64,000 nt of DNA from Acidimicrobiales bacterium (GTDB lineage Bacteria; Actinomycetota; Acidimicrobiia; Acidimicrobiales; Bog-793). The notes under the pieces are model-generated. The model saw only the letters and a program-made list of their open reading frames with translations. It made no database searches and was not told where the DNA came from. Where the stretch lies: positions 11,455-75,454 of the forward strand of contig JBEKBI010000010.1 of the NCBI GenBank assembly GCA_050015475.1. The letters run 5' to 3'. A program made the translations under genes and the position numbers. This document shows, piece by piece, positions 60,197 to 64,000 of this stretch. Numbering within the stretch: position 1 is the first letter of the stretch; each line of letters starts with the position of its first letter.

Positions 60197-60685
60197 TCAG
60201 ACGCAATCCCGGCAAAGAAGCCGCTTCTTGTCTGCAAGTTGGGTATGACTCTTCACGAGAAAACACGATCGGCAGACAAATTCGCCCGGCTGCTTCGGCA
60301 GTACACGTAGCGATCCCTCGCCACGTTCCTCGGAATCAGGGGCCTCTTCCTCTTCGTCCTCCTCGTCGTCAACGACGACGAGCCTCTCCTTCAAGATCAC
60401 GTCGAGGCTGGCTTCGATGTCGTCGTCATCGATCTCTTCCTCGTCCTCGTCGTCGGTCTCTATCGGGACGACGTCGCCGCCGAGCACCACGCCCGTGGGC
60501 GTGACAACGACGTCGTCCTCGTCGAGATCATCGACCAGGGCTACATCGTCGAGTTCGTCGTCATCCTCGAGGAGGTCCTCCTCCACGAGGTCCTCGAGGT
60601 CGGCCTCGTCCGCCTCCGGAACTTCGAGGTCCTCCACGTCGACCACTTCTTCCAGGTCAGGCGTGTCTTTGCTTTCCTTGCGCAT
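60197..60685 (-). CDS. DUF4193 family protein (acidic N-terminus, C-terminal 4-Cys zinc ribbon)
   Basis: D/E-rich region, then RVLPKQPGEFVCRSCFLVKSHTQLADKKRLLCRDC. GAAGGAA lies 5 nt before the ATG at 60685. Confidence 0.8.
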   Translation of the reverse strand: MRKESKDTPDLEEVVDVEDLEVPEADEADLEDLVEEDLLEDDDELDDVALVDDLDEDDVVVTPTGVVLGGDVVPIETDDEDEEEIDDDDIEASLDVILKERLVVVDDEEDEEEEAPDSEERGEGSLRVLPKQPGEFVCRSCFLVKSHTQLADKKRLLCRDCV

Positions 60686-61077
60686 CAAGTTCCTTCGAGT
60701 CATCTGGCCGCAGCCACGATGGCCCGGCAACGCCTGCCGGGTTCGCGGTCCGATGGACTATACGGCAGGATTGCCCGCCCGCGGCGACTTCCCACGAAGA
60801 ATTTTCCCGTTTCGGTGAGAAGGCAGTGTTGCCGAGGCCCAGTGGTAGGACCCAGGACGTCTTTGGGGCCACCCTGCTCGCCTGCCCGGGCGATACGGCG
60901 GCATCAGATGCCGACGTGGGCGTTCTCTACTCGACTCCTGGGTCCCCTCCACTCGCAACTCCCCCGGACGCTTTTCGAGCGGCTCCCGGATGCGCCGGCA
61001 GCAACTCTCGCTTGAGGGGACTCCCTAGTTATTACCTCTCCAGGAGCCTTCGTCAAGGGGAAAAACTAAGCACCCTG

Positions 61078-62694
61078 TCAGAGGCTCGGACGGGGACGTT
61101 TGCGCCGCGTTTCCGACCGCTGCTCGGCCTCGAGACGCCCGAGAACGGCCTCGGAATGGTCCACGAAGCTCATGGCATCGGCGATGGCGCGATGGCCCGC
61201 CTGCTCGGCGATGAGGCGGTGCATCTCTTGGGCGATCCTGCGGTAATTCGGGTGGCCCTGGGGGCCCGATCTCAGTTCGAGCACGTGCATCGCCTCGCGG
61301 GCGTTCAACTGGAGAGCGAAGCGGATGTTGAAGGCCAACGCGACCGCATACGCGCTTTGCGCCGGGAACTCCGGGGCGAGCGCCTCATGGAGGCTTCGCG
61401 ATCTCTCGAGCGATTCCACGTAGCGGTCAGCGAATCCTGCCTCCTCGATCAGCGCCGGCACTTCGAAACCCAGTTCCGTCCCCAACGGCTGCCACTCGAC
61501 GGTGAGCATGCGGTGGCGCTGGAGATCACGGAAGGCTCCATAGTCAGCGACGATGTCGAACCGGTACGACGTCCGCTCGAGGGCTCTGCCGGGGCGATGG
61601 CGGCGATTGGACCGCTCGCCGATGTAGGCCTCGAACATCCGGCGCCGCTCGGCGGGCCCGAGCTCGGATACGCGCCGCTCAAGATCTCGCTCCGACAAGT
61701 TGGCATAGGGGTAGCACATGGCGACGAGCACCTTGTCCTCCCCGGCGGGATCGAAATCGGTGAGAGTCACCGACGTCCCGGGTTCGGGCATTTCGACTGG
61801 CCACAGTCCTTCCAGTGACGCCCTCATGGCTTCTTGGCGGGCCTCGATGTATTCGACCCACACCCCACCGCGCTCTTGCCGGTCGAGTCTCGAGAGGAAG
61901 GAGGGGATGACCTTCAGCAGCTCTTCGAGGATCAAATCCGCATAGCGTCGGGCCTCCGGCAGTGGGTTCGCCCGCATGCGCAACAGCAACTGTTCGTAGC
62001 TCTGGCCTGATCCGAACAGCCCCACGTTGGAAAGCGAGCCAGCCGGCAACAGGCCTCGCAGGGCATCGAGGCAACGGGCTCGCACCGCCTGGCGATGCGC
62101 GAGTTCGGACACGCCTCCGTGGCGGGGGTTCTTGCGGCCCACAAAGGATTGCAACGCCGGGAGAAGCTCGGCGTAGGTGTCGAACATGCGATCCATCTCC
62201 CCGACATAGCGGGCCCCGAGAGGTGACTCCAAGACGGCTTGGTCGCGCTGGTACCTGTAGTGCCCGGACACCAGGCGGCTGTCGTAGGGGACATATCGCG
62301 TGGATTGCTCGAGATAGGACATGAGCCGTCCCCGCTCGAGGATCTTGGTCAGGACGTTCGAGGACTGCTCGCAGGCGACGTGGACGCTGCCGAGCTGGGC
62401 CACCGAGTCGTCCCCGAACTCGCTGAAGACCTTCGCGTAGAGCTCCTCCGCCCGCCGCAGACCTACCGAGGCGTCAAGGCCCGCGTCTCCGGCTACGTCG
62501 AGCTCTTCCACAAACTCGTCCAGGAACAGCCTGCGCAAGCTCTTTCCCGATCGGGAGTAGCGCGCGAAAAGGGCACCCTTCACGACCTCGGGAAGGTTCA
62601 CGAGAGCGAACACCGGGCCGTCGAGGTTGGTGAAGTACCTCCCGAGAAGCTCCCGCTCCTCGGCGGTGAATTGCTCAACAGCCGCGATGGACAT
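61078..62694 (-). CDS. Long (538 aa) ThyX-like FAD-dependent thymidylate synthase family protein
   Basis: ThyX-type elements are split over the protein: ALFARYSRSGKSLRRLF near the N-terminus and FRDLQRHRMLTVEWQ in the C-terminal half. The protein is about twice the length of canonical ThyX. Confidence 0.65.
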   Translation of the reverse strand: MSIAAVEQFTAEERELLGRYFTNLDGPVFALVNLPEVVKGALFARYSRSGKSLRRLFLDEFVEELDVAGDAGLDASVGLRRAEELYAKVFSEFGDDSVAQLGSVHVACEQSSNVLTKILERGRLMSYLEQSTRYVPYDSRLVSGHYRYQRDQAVLESPLGARYVGEMDRMFDTYAELLPALQSFVGRKNPRHGGVSELAHRQAVRARCLDALRGLLPAGSLSNVGLFGSGQSYEQLLLRMRANPLPEARRYADLILEELLKVIPSFLSRLDRQERGGVWVEYIEARQEAMRASLEGLWPVEMPEPGTSVTLTDFDPAGEDKVLVAMCYPYANLSERDLERRVSELGPAERRRMFEAYIGERSNRRHRPGRALERTSYRFDIVADYGAFRDLQRHRMLTVEWQPLGTELGFEVPALIEEAGFADRYVESLERSRSLHEALAPEFPAQSAYAVALAFNIRFALQLNAREAMHVLELRSGPQGHPNYRRIAQEMHRLIAEQAGHRAIADAMSFVDHSEAVLGRLEAEQRSETRRKRPRPSL

Positions 62695-62706
62695 GCTCGG
62701 ATGAGA

Positions 62707-64000
62707 TTACGGGGCGGCCTGTCCCCCGGCGCGGATGCTGCCGTGCTCGACAGGGATCGTGACGACCGAGGACGCGGCCACGACGTCGCGAAGCAGGCGC
62801 TCAGCCGCGACGCGGGCGCTGTTGGCCGTGTCGGGCCGCTCGGCGACCATCGAAACCTGCCGCAACAGGTCGATCACCTGCTTTATGTTGCGGACGAAGT
62901 CTCCCCCCGTCATGACCGCGGCCGCTCGTCGGCCCCGCCGCCCAGGGCCCGCACTCGGCTGCAGAATTCGGCGGAGGTCGTGGCCCACCGCCCAGTCATG
63001 GATAAGGCGGGCAAATCCACTGTCGACACCACGGCTGACGGGCAGGTGCTCCCGCCTCTCCTCGGCCGCGAGCGCCTCTGAAAGATCCTGGATCGCCTCC
63101 AAGCGGCGGCTCACCTTGGCGCTCGGCGCCGGAAGCGGGGCGTCGCGCTCCCGGCGCGCCTCGTAGCAAAAGCCGGAGGCGACGGCAGCCAGGCTGGCCG
63201 GATCGAGTTCGTCGAGCTGGCCCGACTCGAGCGCCTCGGCCACGAGCAGGTCGGCCTCGTGATAGAGGCCCGCCAGCCTCCCGCCGGCCTTCGTGACGGA
63301 CCAACCGTCGAGATAGCCGCGCCGCTCGAGCACGCCCCGGACCGCGTCGAGCTCCCCGACGAGATCCTCGTCCGTCAGGTACTGGGCGAACGAAGAGCTC
63401 ACCAGCGTGTAGGCGTCTTCTCGGGAGTGCCGACGAACGAGGTTGACGACAAGGTTGTAGGTGGGCCGGAACGACGACGTCAGCGCCCGCGGGTGACCGC
63501 CGGCGATCCTGGCGACGTCCCCGAAAGTGTGGAACGGCGAGCAAAGAACTGCCGCGTAGCCGACTTCGTCAATACCGCGCCGTCCCGCGCGTCCTGTGAG
63601 CTGGGTGTACTCGCTCGCCGTGATCTCCTGGTGGCCCGCGCCGCCGAACTTCGTCAGTTCCTCGATGACGACCGACCTCGCGGGCATGTTGATCCCGAGC
63701 GCGAGAGTCTCGGTCGCGAACACGACCTTGACGAGCGCCTCGGCGAAGCAGGCCTCCACCGCCTCTCTGAAAGGTGGCACCATCCCGGCGTGGTGGGCAG
63801 CGATCCCAGCCTCAAGGCTTGCCAGGAACGCCCCGTAGCCGAGGACCGCGAGATCGTCGTCGGTGAGCGGGTCGGCGTAGGACTCGACGATTCCCCGGAT
63901 GCGGATCCGCTCCTCGGGCGTGGTGAGACGCAGGCCCTCGTCGAGACACTGCCTGACGGACTCCTCGCAGCCCGCGCGCGAGAACACGAAGTAGATCGCC
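62707..64000 (-). CDS. helY: Ski2-like DEAD/DEAH helicase HelY, C-terminal part (5' end outside the window)
   Basis: Helicase C-terminal motifs VFATETLALGINMPARSVV and QLTGRAGRRGID, followed by an arch/DSHCT-like region. Confidence 0.85.
   Translation of the reverse strand, partial: AIYFVFSRAGCEESVRQCLDEGLRLTTPEERIRIRGIVESYADPLTDDDLAVLGYGAFLASLEAGIAAHHAGMVPPFREAVEACFAEALVKVVFATETLALGINMPARSVVIEELTKFGGAGHQEITASEYTQLTGRAGRRGIDEVGYAAVLCSPFHTFGDVARIAGGHPRALTSSFRPTYNLVVNLVRRHSREDAYTLVSSSFAQYLTDEDLVGELDAVRGVLERRGYLDGWSVTKAGGRLAGLYHEADLLVAEALESGQLDELDPASLAAVASGFCYEARRERDAPLPAPSAKVSRRLEAIQDLSEALAAEERREHLPVSRGVDSGFARLIHDWAVGHDLRRILQPSAGPGRRGRRAAAVMTGGDFVRNIKQVIDLLRQVSMVAERPDTANSARVAAERLLRDVVAASSVVTIPVEHGSIRAGGQAAP

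Noticed and set aside
60350-60650. GAC/GAG/GTC-rich low-complexity DNA.
   Set aside because: It encodes the poly-acidic N-terminal region of the DUF4193 protein on the minus strand. It is not a microsatellite or regulatory repeat.
61026-61056. Promoter for the DUF4193 gene (TTGACG on the minus strand followed by TAATAA / ATAACT).
   Set aside because: The -35 is good but no -10 hexamer at 16-18 nt spacing matches TAnnnT. This is too weak to list as a feature.

Overview
This is a GC-rich window (codon third positions mostly G/C) and almost fully coding. It looks like chromosomal backbone of an actinobacterial-type genome. The Mycobacterium/Streptomyces-like gene order supports this: recN-pyrG-nudix-xerD, then scpA-scpB-rluB-aroH-tyrA/cmk-plsC, then DUF512-der. 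F420/deazaflavin- and LmbE-type enzymes are also present. Other blocks: a TetR/MFS pair, ispH-GT2, NfeD-SPFH and one tRNA-Pro(GGG). After the tRNA comes a less conserved segment with an ISL3 transposase remnant, hypothetical membrane proteins, a methyltransferase, a NiCoT Ni/Co transporter, an SRPBCC protein and an orphan PAS-GAF-HisKA_3 kinase. Next are a CDP-alcohol transferase coupled to a fused NDP-sugar pyrophosphorylase/phosphomutase, then the gcvH / FHA (GarA-like) / MerR / nuclease / MerR cluster extended by hpt and gcvT-gcvPA-gcvPB. Further on lie an EAL-GAF-GGDEF protein and a ROK kinase. A roughly 1.4 kb gene-poor gap follows, holding only an orphan truncated AbrB-type antitoxin. 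After it come an 817-aa secreted protein made of about 13.5 tandem 40-aa Cys-pair repeats, an RlmD-like methyltransferase, a DEAD-box helicase fused to a cold-shock domain, DUF4193, a long ThyX-like protein and the 3' part of helY. I found no rRNA, no CRISPR array, no intact mobile element, no integrase and no recognisable defence system. The most unusual items are the repeat protein beside the gene-poor gap, several domain fusions (TyrA-Cmk, DEAD-CSD, Zn-ribbon-FHA, degenerate-EAL-GAF-GGDEF) and the long ThyX-like/DUF4193 pairing. All family assignments come from motifs I recognised by eye in the supplied translations; no searches were run.
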